Under the pieces are notes generated by a model. The model saw only the letters and a program-made list of their open reading frames with translations. It made no database searches and had not been told where the DNA came from. Below, piece after piece: positions 51,003-63,554 of a stretch of DNA of 64,000 nt (positions are counted from its first letter, which is position 1; every line of letters starts with the position of its first letter). The DNA lies in assembly GCA_964188305.1 (NCBI GenBank), contig OZ076886.1; one strand, given 5' to 3'. This DNA is from Podarcis bocagei (Eukaryota). The translations under genes and the position numbers were made by a program.

Positions 51003-51201
51003 GGGAAGGGTCATAGCTCAGTAGTAGAGCATCTGCTTTGCATACACAGGTCTCCAGGTGAATCCCTGGCTTCCCCAGCTGGGGTTCGGAAGGACTCGGT
51101 GTCTGAAGCCCTGAATGGTCACTACAAATCTGTGCTGACAAGGCTAAGCTAGATGGGCTCTTGGCCTGACTCACTGTAAAGCCACTTCCTATGTTCCTAT
51201 G
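51003..51201 (+). mobile_element. tRNA-derived SINE with CR1-type (TTCCTATG) tail
   Basis: TAGCTCAGTAGTAGAGCATCTGCTTTGCAT head; ends CTTCCTATGTTCCTATG. Confidence 0.7.
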
Positions 51202-52104
51202 CCTACCCTTACTCTCAGCACAACTTAAACCACATCATGCCAAGCTTGCCAATCAGAAAAAGGTGGGCTAGGTCACACCTCACCACACCAAGGGAAGAAA
51301 TACTATTGCATGGCCTAAGAGGAACCTGGGATCCCCTGCAGTACCACACCCACTGCAATGATTCTATATTTTTTTTCTAATTTGTTTTTTTATGTGTGAT
51401 GGATCTTTTATTTGGTGAAATTCAGCTAGAAGAGGGGGGGGGGCTTTTAGGTTTCTTATTTGTGCCTTTGACAGAGTGCTATAGCCACTGAGTCACACTG
51501 CTTTCACCAGATGTACTGATTGTGGCAACTAAAACACGCAGTATAGAGAGGCTATTTATAATAATGGCACTTCCAGTTAAGGTTTAAATACACTGTGCAA
51601 TAGTGCTGTCCTTTAGCACACAAAATTCCCTTTCTTTAAATTATGCAGGCTGTCGGAACACATTAAAAATAGACAAGTTGTTTAGAAATATATAATAGCA
51701 GCTTTTCCCTATAAGCAAAAAGTAGTAGGTTCTGAATTACAGGTGCCTTCAACCTCCTACTGTGAGCACATTCCTGCATTGCGTATTAAAGGTCAGTCAG
51801 AGACTGAAAGAGCATAAAACTCAAAGTGGAATTATACTGGCAGGCTTTTAACAAAAGAGCAAACTCTTCAATGAAGGGATTGATTCTTTATAGTCTCTTT
51901 CAAAGGAGTGTTCTTTTCATGAAATGAAAGACAAAACACTGTCTTAAACACTTGGCATATCCATAATTAAGCCTACAAAATATGGCTAACATAGCACCTA
52001 ACCCTGTTAACGTCTTCTTTGCCTGCAATCAATAATTTTATTCATCTGAGGTACTTTTTGTTTAAAATACTTGAAGTAATAGACCTATGGGAGGGATTGC
52101 TTAC

Positions 52105-52201
52105 CACATAGAGCTGTTTCCAGATATTGCCCCATTCCCAAAGTGTGCAGGTAACCTCTTGCACCAAAGGAATCTCAGCAGGTATTACATTTTCTGCATT
52201 T
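52105..52201 (-). CDS. DOCK2: DOCK2 exon 5 (97 nt)
   Basis: gttcag|...|gtaagc; [32 protein letters not shown]. Confidence 0.93.
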
Positions 52202-53257
52202 CTGAACAAAAGGATAAACAGTGGTTTAATGGCATGATTCCCACCCTTATCAGCAGCCCAGAATCCAGCCCAGAGGAGGAACGGTCAGCCAGATCAGAAG
52301 GATCAATGATAAAATACACAGGGGGTGCTAGATGGACACAGATGGACCCAGGCCTAACACCAAGGCTGAGCCAATCAGCTTGGAGCCTCTTAAACCTCAC
52401 ATTCCTGAACTAGAAGCCCCCCAAAACAGCCACACGCAAACTCTGGCCAGGCTGATTTCCTCTGTGAGAAAGCCCCTCTGCACCAAGGACCTCACACTGG
52501 CCAGAAGAACTGACAGGAAGGAGGTGGAGTATTAGGCTCCAGACCAAAAGGCTCTCCATTCTTCAGGAAGGAGGCAGAAGCAAAGGGGGTTAGTCTGGCT
52601 AAGAGACCACAAGTCTCAGAGACATTTTCTTGTATTTTTATGCTGTGAACCACTCTGAGATCTACAAATGAATGGTGGTATACACATTTAATAAATAATA
52701 ATAATTTTGGCACCTGAAATGAACAACAAAATGGCGTCCCCAACCTTTCAAAGAAGAAGGGGGGAATGGGGGGAGAGGGTAAAGTTCCACATTGGGATCA
52801 AGGGGGTAGTGTAGTGGCAGCAACAGCGGGCATTTCTTGGCAGTTGGATCTGATTCCCCTGTGGATCCTGCCACTTGAGGCAGTTACTTCACCTTGCCTC
52901 ATAGGTGGGCCAGCACTGGTTGCAGATAACACTGAATCAAGTTGCTAACTTGGAACCGTCCAGGGTCCTACTATGCCAGACTGTTACCTGACTGACAACA
53001 CCACCCACAAGCGCCCCCCACCCTCCTTGTCGTTAGGAAAGGGCACCTTACAAATCTTTTGCCTATCAGCTACTGGGTGTGCACATTCTAGCTTTTCCCA
53101 TCAGACAATAAGGATCACTCTTAGTGAAATACCCTTTCAAGCATTAGTTACAGAAATTATTTCGCCAAGCTGTTCAGCATCAATCACATGGGGGATTTTA
53201 GCTATAATACTCCCATCCGCTGACATATACCTCAAAAGAATTATCTCAATGAAATAC

Positions 53258-53313
53258 CTTTTTTTCTCAACCGAAAGTTCTTTGATGTGGATAAAAGATT
53301 TTGGAAATATTCC
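53258..53313 (-). CDS. DOCK2: DOCK2 exon 4 (56 nt), SH3 C-terminus
   Basis: cattag|...|gtattt; GIFPKSFIHIKELSVEKK(R). Confidence 0.92.
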
Positions 53314-53773
53314 CTAATGGAAGAAGAAGGGGGGAAGCACATTTGTTATATTGTACCGAAAATTTCTTCTATGACAAATTAAAAGGACCAAAAGTAGATT
53401 GATATATAGAGGTTCTGGAATAAAACTCTGGTGAGTTTTATTCTCATGTAGCTGCAACTACTATGTACAGAGTTAAATTATTAACCATTTGCCACTTTTC
53501 CCAGCCTGGTGCCTTAGAGATGTTTTAGACTACAACTTCCAGCAGCTCCAGCCAGCCAAAACATCTGAAGGGCATCAGATCAAGTTCACACATTACCAGG
53601 GTTGCTCATAGAGTCCTGTCCACTGAACTTGTCCACTGCAAATGAACGTCCACCTATTTTCTTCATCCTCAACTATTTCTTGACGCCTGACTCAAGTGTT
53701 GGTTCCATACACCAGCTTTTTCTTTGACTGAGTGGTAGAGCACAAGCTTTGCAAGCAGAAGGTCCCAGATTCA

Positions 53774-53864
53774 CATAGCTGTCAATGTTTCCCTTTTTTT
53801 TAAGGGAAATTCCCTTATTCCCAATAGGATTCCTCGAAAGAAAAGGGAAAAGTTGACAGCTATG
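53774..53864. mobile_element. 91-bp hAT MITE inserted in a tRNA-SINE head
   Basis: TIR CATAGCTGTCAA / TTGACAGCTATG; perfect 8-bp TSD CAGATTCA at 53766-53773 and 53865-53872. Confidence 0.88.
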
Positions 53865-54269
53865 CAGATTCAGCCAGGGGCATCTCTTGCTAAATGTTTC
53901 AAAAAGCCAGTTATTTGAAAGAGCTCTGCCTGAGGCCTCAAAGCCACTGCTAGATGGAAGAGATAATACTGGAGAAAATGGAGAAATAGTCTCCATATAA
54001 AGGAACCATTGACTTCACCAAAATACAAACATTCAAGGTAACATCTCCATTCATACAATATTTTATAATACCTACGAGGCTCAAGAGGAGTTTATGTATT
54101 AAAGTATCTTTGACATGGTTCTGTCTACAAGCTGTGGGTCTGGTGGCCTAACAACACATTTGGTTACACAGGAGGATTAGCAGTCACACTCTAGGTTCTT
54201 AAAAATTAAATGCCAGTCCAGTGCAGGAGACCACAATTCTGATCAGCACCACAGCCTGAGAGTATAGGT

Positions 54270-55077
54270 AGCTATTTTGCAGCTCTATAGCTGTGTATCT
54301 ACCCTATTACCTTGGTGCCACTGAGCATTTTTTCCTAATGCTTATTACCATGTAGTGGGATAGTTTTGCTGAGATTGCAGCTGGAGAGAGGAGTCTTAAA
54401 CCTTCTCTCCCAGAGTGTTGGAGTGACCATCATATCCCGCTCCATATTTAATTTTTTTGCTAACCATGTGATTGCTAATCATGTTGATGGAACATGTAGC
54501 CTAAGATCCATTTGTGAATCTTCTCTTTAATACAACACATGATACACATATCCTCTTATGATCAGCAGTGAAGCTGAAAAACTGAAATGTCACTCAGATC
54601 CTGGATTATCCTGACATTAAACCTGAGCTCACTGTTTCATCTAAACTGAGGGGAATTCAAGTTTAAACAAACCAGGACGTTCATGCCAATGCTAGTCAGT
54701 GAAGGGAGGGGAAAGGGAAATATTTAAATCGGCACATAAGAGAAGAAGGAAATGGGAAATGAAAAGGGGTGCTCATGTGTTAAATTCAACAAATGTAGTG
54801 TCTGTGGACACAATAACTGAGCTGTACAAATCAAGTCTACGCTCTTTCACACAATCATTTGTACTTATAGCTACGTTCAATGTCATGTGGGGATAAGCCT
54901 AATGGGCAGAGTCAATGGGGAAAAACCAAAGGGAACAAAGCAACTTAAGAAGTGGTTGTTCAATGTAAAAAACAAAGGCACACAGTCAGATGTCAGATGG
55001 AACTTAGGCACTGCAGGAATAAAGGGATGCCGGTGGGTAATAGGGTAGATACACAGCTATAGAGCTGCAAAATAGCT
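54270..55077. repeat. Perfect 42-bp inverted repeat pair (54270-54311 and 55036-55077)
   Basis: AGCTATTTTGCAGCTCTATAGCTGTGTATCTACCCTATTACC and its exact reverse complement, separated by 724 bp. Confidence 0.9.
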
Positions 55078-55607
55078 CTGAAAAAGGCACTGCTAGATCA
55101 GAGTCCCTTATGAAAACAGGAAGACCTTCCATTTGCAGAAGGGCATGACTTGATCCAATCCAAGGTACTGGTTCTAATGTACTCCATTTTATGCAGGCAT
55201 TTTTTTCCTTAGAAGCTGTGGTGTTCTACCTGTGCACTAAGATGTCTTATCACACTGCTGTTGCTCTTTCCCCCCCCAAAAAATTGTTTTTATTGATTTT
55301 CCACAATTATAACAAAAATGACATACAAAACACACAACAAAGAAAAATGCATTACAAAAACACAAAGAAAAATTATTTCTTCAAATATCTCATTCTCATA
55401 ACATTGATAACTGACTTCCTCGAAACCCCTCTAACTGAATTTCATTATATCACCTGTTCTCCAAATTCATATTTCAAACAATATTAATATTGCTCTTATG
55501 CCTATGTTTTTACTTGGTTGTATTTTTACTTTTGTGATTTATACTGTGGTGTTGTGAGATGCCTCATGGGTGCTTAAATGAAAGTGTGGTTAAAAAAACC
55601 TGGTGCA

Positions 55608-55653
55608 AATAAATAAATAAAATGAATGAATGAATGAATGAATGAATGAATGA
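55608..55653. repeat. (AAAT)n(GAAT)n compound microsatellite, probable L2 tail
   Basis: Directly visible. Confidence 0.85.
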
Positions 55654-56054
55654 TTTGGCTCAAAGATTTCAGGTATGTCCCTAGGCTTCAGCCAACCTAT
55701 TAGGATCTTCAACTTTTATCTTGTGCCATATCATAATTTGCTTTTAACAGCTACATCAGTTTCAATTAGCTAAAGGGCACTACAATTTGTGATACACATG
55801 ATCCCTTCAGTGTATACGACTAGTTGGACGCTGGTCAGTCCATTATTTGTTATTTAATCTACTTTTCTCATAGTACAAAAACATTCATTTCCTTATTGAA
55901 ATATTGGCCACTGACATAGATTCAGTGACTCTTCTCAGGATTAAACTCCACACACTTAAAAAGAAAGAATAAAATAATAGTCTATTACAAAAAATAATAA
56001 TCAAACAGATAATCAACAACAACAAAAGAATAAAGTCAATAAGAATAATCTTAC

Positions 56055-56095
56055 CTCTACCCCTTTATGTCTTACAATGTATCCTTTGTACCAAC
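56055..56095 (-). CDS. DOCK2: DOCK2 exon 3 (41 nt), SH3
   Basis: tttag|...|gtaaga; (G)WYKGYIVRHKGVE, contains the conserved SH3 Trp. Confidence 0.88.
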
Positions 56096-56654
56096 CTAAA
56101 AGTCAAAGCAAAACCATAGTTACTTATTATATGCTTTTCAATGTCCAAATTGAACCAATTCGTTCAATTTCTGCAAAACTAGGGTAACAATCCTATGCAT
56201 GCTTACATGAGGGTAAGTTCCACTGAACACAGTGCAGTTTACTTCCTGGTATGCATAGATTAAATTGTGTTGAAAGAGGATTACTGGTATGTATATATGT
56301 ATGTATGTATTTGTGTTTGTTTGTTTCTTTGTTCATAATAAAGTATTCATAAATGCCTTTCAGGGCAATTGCCCAAGCAAGGAGGCACACAAAATTTATG
56401 CAGTAAGCATAACAATATAAAAAGAATAAAGTTAAAATCCACATTACACCCTTTGATGAGCAGCAAATCCTCAGGACACAACATAATGAAGACACACCAA
56501 ATAACAAAAAGGAAGTGGGTGCAAATTTAAAACAATCTAAAGAGTTCTTCTAAAAAATCACCAGTGATGGGTTCATGCCATAAATCCCTTTTATGAACCA
56601 AATCTGCCTTTTTAAAGAGTTTAGAAGAGCATTGGAGTTTGATCTTGCCCCTGG

Positions 56655-56960
56655 AAGTAATATATAGCCATCCAGACTCATAGCCATGGATAACATTATC
56701 CTCCATGAATTTGTCTAATCCCCTCAAAAGGCTGAGTTGGTGCCCATGACTACATCTTATGGAAGCAAAAATCACTGTTTAACTATGTGTCATGTATGAA
56801 ATACTTCTGCCCTGAATCTCTCAATACTCAATTTCACTGGACAACCCCAGGGCTCAGTACAGGGAGAGAGAAAAATATGTGTCTACTTTCTCCACACACT
56901 GTGTGCATAATATAATGCAACTCTTTCATGCTCCCTGCTTACCTTTTTTCTTAACTAAAA
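56655..56960 (-). mobile_element. CR1 3' fragment
   Basis: TAGCCATGGATAACATTATCCTCCATGAATTTGTCTAATCCC; on the minus strand reads GLDKFMED, the end of CR1 ORF2. Confidence 0.65.
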
Positions 56961-57516
56961 TTCCCCCAAATTTTCTCTCCTTCACGTGTAATACATTGTA
57001 CCGGTATAAATAGTGAAGGGGAGAGGGCAACATGCCAAAATAATCTGGGTTGGGGGGCAAGCAGCAATGTTACTTCTTTCCTAGCTGATTCCCCCCCCCC
57101 CCCAATGCTCTGATTATAGCTTTCATGTCTTGTTCAGTCCTCCAGTCAGGAGGCACAACAGCATCCTTTTCAGAGGTTGCTTTGCCTTGTAGGCCTGTCG
57201 GACTAGACTATAATCTACCAGTGGGAGCCAGAATTGGTTTGACAGTCATTTCCTAGAGGGAAAAGCCACCTGAGCCTAAGCATAGCTTCACCGACAGCAT
57301 CCAGGACACGGCGGAAGCTCTGCTGTACAGTCATGTTGCAGCATAGCCAGATCTTCTCTGCTATGGGAAAAAGCTTGAGCATTTCCCTTAGCAACCAGTA
57401 TTAATTATTGTGTCAAGGCACACTTAAACCCCAAAAAGGCCATGTTTGTCAGCCTCAAAGTCAGACATTTAACACTATAGGGTTAGGCCACTAAAAGTGC
57501 TAATCACTTAGATTGT

Positions 57517-57677
57517 CAGGCCTGTGCAGAGTGGGGGCAGCCAGATATACTTGCCCCCAAGCCTCAGAGGGCTATAAGCATGCCGGGGAGGCCTCATCCA
57601 TGGCCTGATGGACTTACACTGCCACGCCAAGTACAAGACTCCCACCCCAGGCCTCAGACAAGCTCTGCACAGGCCTG
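57517..57677. mobile_element. hAT-type MITE
   Basis: Perfect 15-bp TIR CAGGCCTGTGCAGAG / CTCTGCACAGGCCTG. Confidence 0.65.
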
Positions 57678-58155
57678 GAGAATAGTTGCTAAAAGGCAAA
57701 AGTTAGATGTTAACATTCGGTGGCTAGGAACTCTTACTGTTGTGAGACATAAGTGCCTCACTTCCCCTGTTTGGCATCCTAGCTTGTCCCTCTTTGAACC
57801 TGGAAGCTCACTGGCAAGTGGTCAAAAAAACAAAATAAGGAACCCAGACACTCATCCATCTTTGGTAACTGTCAGAAGTGGAAGCTGAGGCAATTCTGGA
57901 GCATGGGGAAGGGCAATACACAAGGGGGAAATATTTGAAGCACACCCTGTGGGATTTCCAGGGCTTCCAAACACACTAGAGCTGCCTTATCAGATTTTGA
58001 AGCAAGCAGCGTAATACACATTACCATCTAAAAATGGTCCCTCCACAAGAAAATTAAATATAGAGTCGAAAGTTTTCTAAGTGCACCACTGAGTACATCC
58101 TTCACAGGATGAGGCAGTCAAGGTATGATGTGTAAATCACAGGACCCAAGGCAAA

Positions 58156-58188
<33 letters not shown>

Positions 58189-58243
58189 GCACCTTGCAGA
58201 CATAATGCTGCTTATGGGGTGTCAGTTAAGTCTCCCTGAAATA

Positions 58244-58474
58244 CAGTGGTACCTCAGGTTACAGACACCTTGGGTTACAGACACTTCAGGTTACAGACTC
58301 CACTAACCCAGAAGTAGTACCTCAGGTTAAGAACTTTACCTCAGGATGAGAACAGAAATCGTGTGGCGGCAGTGGGAGGCCCCATTAGCCACAGTGGTAC
58401 CTCAGGTTAAGAACGGTTTCAGGTTACGAACGGACCTCTGGAACAAATTAAGTTCTTAACCAGAGGTACCACTG
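58244..58474 (+). mobile_element. Tigger-like MITE, copy 4
   Basis: TA|CAGTGGTACCTCAGGTTA ... TAACCAGAGGTACCACTG|TA. Confidence 0.9.
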
Positions 58475-60195
58475 TAACTATATTTTGAAGAAAATGCTTT
58501 TTAAGGCTCTCAGGTCAATGTTTGTAACTCAAGAGAGACCTCTTCTGGTAAGAAATATGTTATAAACACATTGAGTAACTTTTTCATATCTACGCTAATC
58601 TCATCTGTGACATAAACCTACAGAACATCTCTCTGGGGCTGTCCACCTTTGTTCAGATTAACTCTGCCATCTCATTTTTTTCCAGTACTGGCTTTCAGTC
58701 CAGCAGTTTTGTGTTTCATTTCTGAGCACACAACTTTCATATGTTAACGGTGTATTTATGAAATCCAAAAGTTGCATTTTTTCAAGCTTTATAACCCCTG
58801 AAAGAATGCCATCCCTTGAGAATGAATAAGAAAAAAAATATCTGAATTAAAAAGGAACAGAGCAAAATCACATTTTTTTGCTTCAAGATAATAAGGGAAA
58901 CCTACTTTCACTGCTGCATGGAACTACCACCACAGGTGCTACTTGGTTGAAGAGTGAAGGACAAGGAAGGAGGTCACTCTCCTGCTTCTCATCCACCTTT
59001 CAAACAGATGGAGAACATGGCCGTTCCATGGAGATTGTTTGTTTGTTTCTCACTATCCTACTACTGAACCCAGAGTGGGTTACAACACAAAAAAATTTAA
59101 TTAAAAAACCCCCTAGATGGTTAAAATTATACAACACTACTAAGAAAAGCCCAGAGCAAATTAAATATTGGTTTGGTTCAGACATATAACTAAACCTTGG
59201 TTTGTTTAGCCTAAATATGATTTGTCCGAACCTAGCCTAGCAGATTAACCATGGTTTCTTTTCTGGCAACAATGATGAGAAGCCATGGTTTCTTGCCAGC
59301 ATACCAGCCATAGCTTGCTTTACCTATGATTTTGGTGCCATGCCTGAACCCAACAACCTTGCTCAACCATACTTTGTTTGGCCACCCTATCCTAGACTCT
59401 TGCTAAGCTACAGAGGCATTGGGCAATATCATTTGGAAAGCAAACTAAGCTTTGGAAAAACAGGCAATGTGAAAGACTCATTAACTAAACAAACATGTGC
59501 AATTGCAGTCAAACTAGAGAATCAATTGGAGTAAGTACTGCAGCTCCTCAGCCTCTCAGTCACACTGAATATTTCAGTGTGCACATGCTGCATGGGCACA
59601 AGAGCACCAGAAGGTCTCCCTCTGTTTCATAGTTAATATATCATGTTTATTTGAGTTCATATGTTGGTATCTCTCTCCACAAGCATAGTTGTTTGTAATA
59701 CTGCCACATTACAAAAAACTACAAAGCCTGTTTTATGGCTACAGCTATGGATAAAACATTTCTGGTTATCATTTAACCAAAACCACTAGCAGAATTAAGG
59801 CTGTTTTTATTTATTAAGAAGTGTTGTTCTGCTTATGTTAGTTCTGATGGTTTTACCACAAAACCCACACATAAAACCCACAAGCAGGAAAAAAAAGAGG
59901 CAAGTTAAACAAGTTTCACCTCCTAATAATTAATATCATTGTATTCATAATACAGACATCACAGTTTCAGTGTAAGGAGGTAAGTCACATCTGGATAAGA
60001 GTAAAATCTCATTAATGTCTCATTAATTCACCAAAAATGCACTCAGTGAACAAATATGCTTCTAAATATGCAGGCATGATGGCTGCATGTTTCAAGACAA
60101 CAGTAATATAAGCATTGTCTCAGGATTTTTTTCTCTCCAATGAGCTCATAACTCAATGTGATGATGCAAAATACAAACCAAAAATTATTTCTCAC

Positions 60196-60279
60196 CTTCA
60201 CAGTCTTCCAGTATATGGACTACATCACCAATATACAGAGATAGCTGTGGTACTCTTGCAGCACTGAAATTGGATATTG
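60196..60279 (-). CDS. DOCK2: DOCK2 exon 2 (84 nt), SH3 N-terminal half
   Basis: tttcacag|...|gtgaga; (A)ISNFSAARVPQLSLYIGDVVHILEDCE(G). Confidence 0.9.
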
Positions 60280-60883
60280 CTGTGAAAAGACAATCACTCA
60301 ATCAATCTTTATTACGGTTAAACAGACAACAGAAATAGTATCAACAACATGTACTACATCAGCACCAGGGGGTGGACGCAGTAGACAAAATAATTAATTA
60401 CCTATATAATTATTTACATTAAAAATAACACTCCTTCAACTAAAGCTGTGAAAATACACAATAAGCTGTTATGGATTCAATCAAATTAACATTTTAAACA
60501 CAAGAGCTGTGTTTCAGACAAGATGCTAAACCACAATTTGGTGCTATGGGGGCAAGCCTTGAACTTGCTTGCTTGCTACCCACTCCCTTTTCCTCCTTTG
60601 GTGCAGTGACAAGAAATCTGGAAGCTTGCTAGATCCGAACAAAGAACTGTGGTTAGTGTAAAGTACGCTTTAAAAAGACAAACCAGAATCACCAACTCCA
60701 GTTTGAAATTGCCTTGCTTTCCTAAACCATAGTTAAGACTAGCTACAGTCTGTCTGACGTTGGACATAAAAAAGTAATGACAGTTGAAAGCGAAAGCAAA
60801 ATCTTCTGATTTCTTCAAAACAGCCATATCAGAAAGGAAGGCCCAACCTTTAAAGCTCATGCATGTAACACCAAACTATAGCT

Positions 60884-60995
60884 TAGAGCTGCCATATTTC
60901 AAAAAGTAAGATCCAATACAACCCGAAAGTTGTTGAGTTTTTTTTAGTAAATGCTACAAGAATGTCCTGGAAAATCAGGACGTATGGCAGCCCTG
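60884..60995. mobile_element. hAT MITE with 8-bp TSD
   Basis: Termini TAGAGCTGCCATA / TATGGCAGCCCTG; flanks CTATAGCT / CTATATCT. Confidence 0.75.
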
Positions 60996-62113
60996 CTATA
61001 TCTTAGCATTGCATGTGATCCAACTTAATATGGGATTATAAAGATTATTTTGAGAGTCAACATTATTTTAAATAGAAGCACAGCAATAAATATTAAATAA
61101 ACTGAATATGAAGGTTCAGTTCTCTGCCTCACTTGCAAAAGACCTCTCCATAAAATGTGGAAATTGGAAATTCACACCTGAAATATCAATCATAAGAAAT
61201 ATATGCAGATAGCAAGCTGAAGTAATATGTCTCCAAAATAAAGCAACTAAAGGGTGTGGCAATCTTTATAGACTGTTTTCTAACCACACACTAAGAGAGA
61301 CTTGCACCTGAGGAGGAGGGATCAGAGAGCTACCTTTTTAATTTGTTTACTGTTTTATTTCTCAAAACTGCTTTTATTTTTCAAAACATTTTGCTTTGAA
61401 AACTCCAGAGCAGTAAACAAAGGGTAATGAAATACTGCATAAACAATTATAAAACAATTATAGGAATAAAACCATATAAACTCCAAATAATACAGCATCC
61501 ATAGTTATTGGCAGCCTGCCTCAAAGCCGGTATTAACCTTGCACTGGTTGAGCTGATGTGCTTTCTGCTTGTGAAACAGCACTTTTGGATACAAGGCGAT
61601 GTACTGTCAAGTACGCTTGTCTAAGCCAAAGCATAATACCATTTGTAAAGCAAATCTGCAATTTTTATTAAATCAACTTGGAAGATAGGAGTGAGAATTA
61701 GACTTGTTCCAAAGTGAGAATTGGGCCTTCAATCTTAAATAAATTGGCTTGGGCAGAATAGCCTTAAAGCGTCAATTTACTGAAGTCCTGAACACACACT
61801 TAATAGCTTCAAATTGTTCTGAGTTCTCCTCTTGTCCCCCTAATTCACTGCCATTCAGAAATCAATCTTGGCATTCTTTCCAGTGCTTTTGGCCAAAATA
61901 CAGAAAAAGCCGCAGAAGGCTGTTTCAAGTTATAGCAGCCACAAAACAGAACAAAAACAGTATATCTCAGCAACAATTAAAAACAAAACTTTAGTGCATT
62001 TTGTTCTCACATTTGGCCGCCCCTTTTAGAACTCTAAACATACCCCGTGACCCAGATTCAGATATCCAGAGTATTTGATGTAATTTAGTTCTAATCATGG
62101 TACCAGCTCAATA

Positions 62114-62344
62114 CAGTGGTACCTCGGGTTACAGACGCTTCAGGTTACAAACGCTTCAGGTTACAGACTCCCCTAACCCAGAAATATTACCTCGGGTTAA
62201 GAACTTTGCTTCAGGATGAGAATAGAAATTGCGCGGCGGCAGCGGGAGGCCCCATTAGTTAAAGCGGTACCTCAGGTTAAGAACAGTTTCAGGTTAAGAA
62301 CGGACCTCCAGAACGAATTAAGTTCTTAACCAGAGGTACCACTG
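62114..62344 (+). mobile_element. Tigger-like MITE, copy 5
   Basis: TA|CAGTGGTACCTCGGGTTA ... TAACCAGAGGTACCACTG|TA. Confidence 0.9.
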
Positions 62345-63554
62345 TACAATTTCTATAGCCATGTTTTATTAAGCTGTTCTTGTGATACATTGTGTTCCCT
62401 TCTTCTTAAGTTAAAACAGTGACCCTTCCACAAAATGGTCAGTTTCACAAATAACAACCTAAAGGTGTATGATATTAACAACCTAAAAGTGTATAAAGCT
62501 AATAATATTTAGCTTTTACATCACTTCGCCTTCCATTTTTGTTCTGTTCTTCCTCACCATTCCTTCTCCAACCTGGCAGCTGGCTGTAGCCTTGGCAGCT
62601 GAGGAAAGTTTACCTTAAGGTTCTCTTTCTCCCTCTCTCTCAAAAACACTTTTGAACTACTTCTGACTTCAGGATATGGCCTTTTGACCACCCATAAAGG
62701 TATACAGATTCTTGCACAGTGCTAGTCCATACCCTCCAACATGTTGCCACGGAAAACCAGAATGCTCCCCTTATGGGGCCATGTTTCCACGTGAGAGCAC
62801 AGCCCCCATAACACGATTCCCGATTTAATCAGGACAGTTGAGGGATTTGCTAGAATATGCAGATAATGTATTTCCATGATCCAATATTTGGGTAGCAATC
62901 TAAGACAAATGAGAATCAAATAAATACTGACTTGTCACACTGTACTTTTTTAAAAAAAAAAAGCTATACCTTTATTGTTAGCTGTCGTGGATTTGAATGA
63001 GAGGTTATAAGAAACAAAACAACAACAATAATAAATACCAACAACTAAACTATTTCCTATGGATTTTGGCATTTAAAATAAGCTTTCAAAAACCAGATGA
63101 AGGGGAGGGGGAGTGCATTCTGTCCTTTAAGCCATCACTACTCGTCGTGCTCATTTAAAGAAAAAAAACTAAAAGTTCAGAGCATGGTTGTGTTAACATA
63201 ATATTGCATTGCTTCCCAGTGGTACCTTTTTTTTTCTTTTTTCTTTTTACAAAGGGTTAGTATGGTGACATCAACCAACTGACAAAGGAAGTGGTTTTGC
63301 AAGCTTGATGTTTTCTGAGTAAGTGGAAACTTACAGCTTAAAGTCATTTGAAAGTACAAAAGTCCTGTTTCTTTTCTTTACTTTAAAAAAGGGAAAGGGG
63401 GAATAAAGCAGGAACATGCATGTTTTGTTGGAGCCAAGATATACAGAGCACTATAAACAAATTCCTAAATCCCAAAGAGTGGGGTAGGTCCCATTAAAAC
63501 TCCTATTGGTTAACAATTCCCAGCTGGATGTCTATTGTAGTAAAAAGCAACAGG

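Noticed and set aside
53870-54070. ORF peptide ILYEWRCYLECLYF superficially like exon 5 ([14 protein letters not shown]), suggesting a duplicated exon
   Set aside because: Nucleotide similarity is negligible and the splice phase does not fit; treated as chance
60580-60630. Minus-strand stretch reading ...TAPKEEKGV|gt, resembling the end of DOCK exon 1 in the correct phase
   Set aside because: An in-frame TAG occurs upstream with no ATG, the donor (GTAGCA) is weak, and it lies in repeat-like sequence. The true exon 1 is probably beyond position 64000.
62114-62344. Short repeated CAGGTTA units resembling a CRISPR-like array
   Set aside because: Eukaryotic context and irregular spacing; these are internal TIR-like repeats of a MITE
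62781-62792. Minus-strand ATGGCCCCA (Met-Ala-Pro, like the DOCK2 start)
   Set aside because: Followed immediately by TAA
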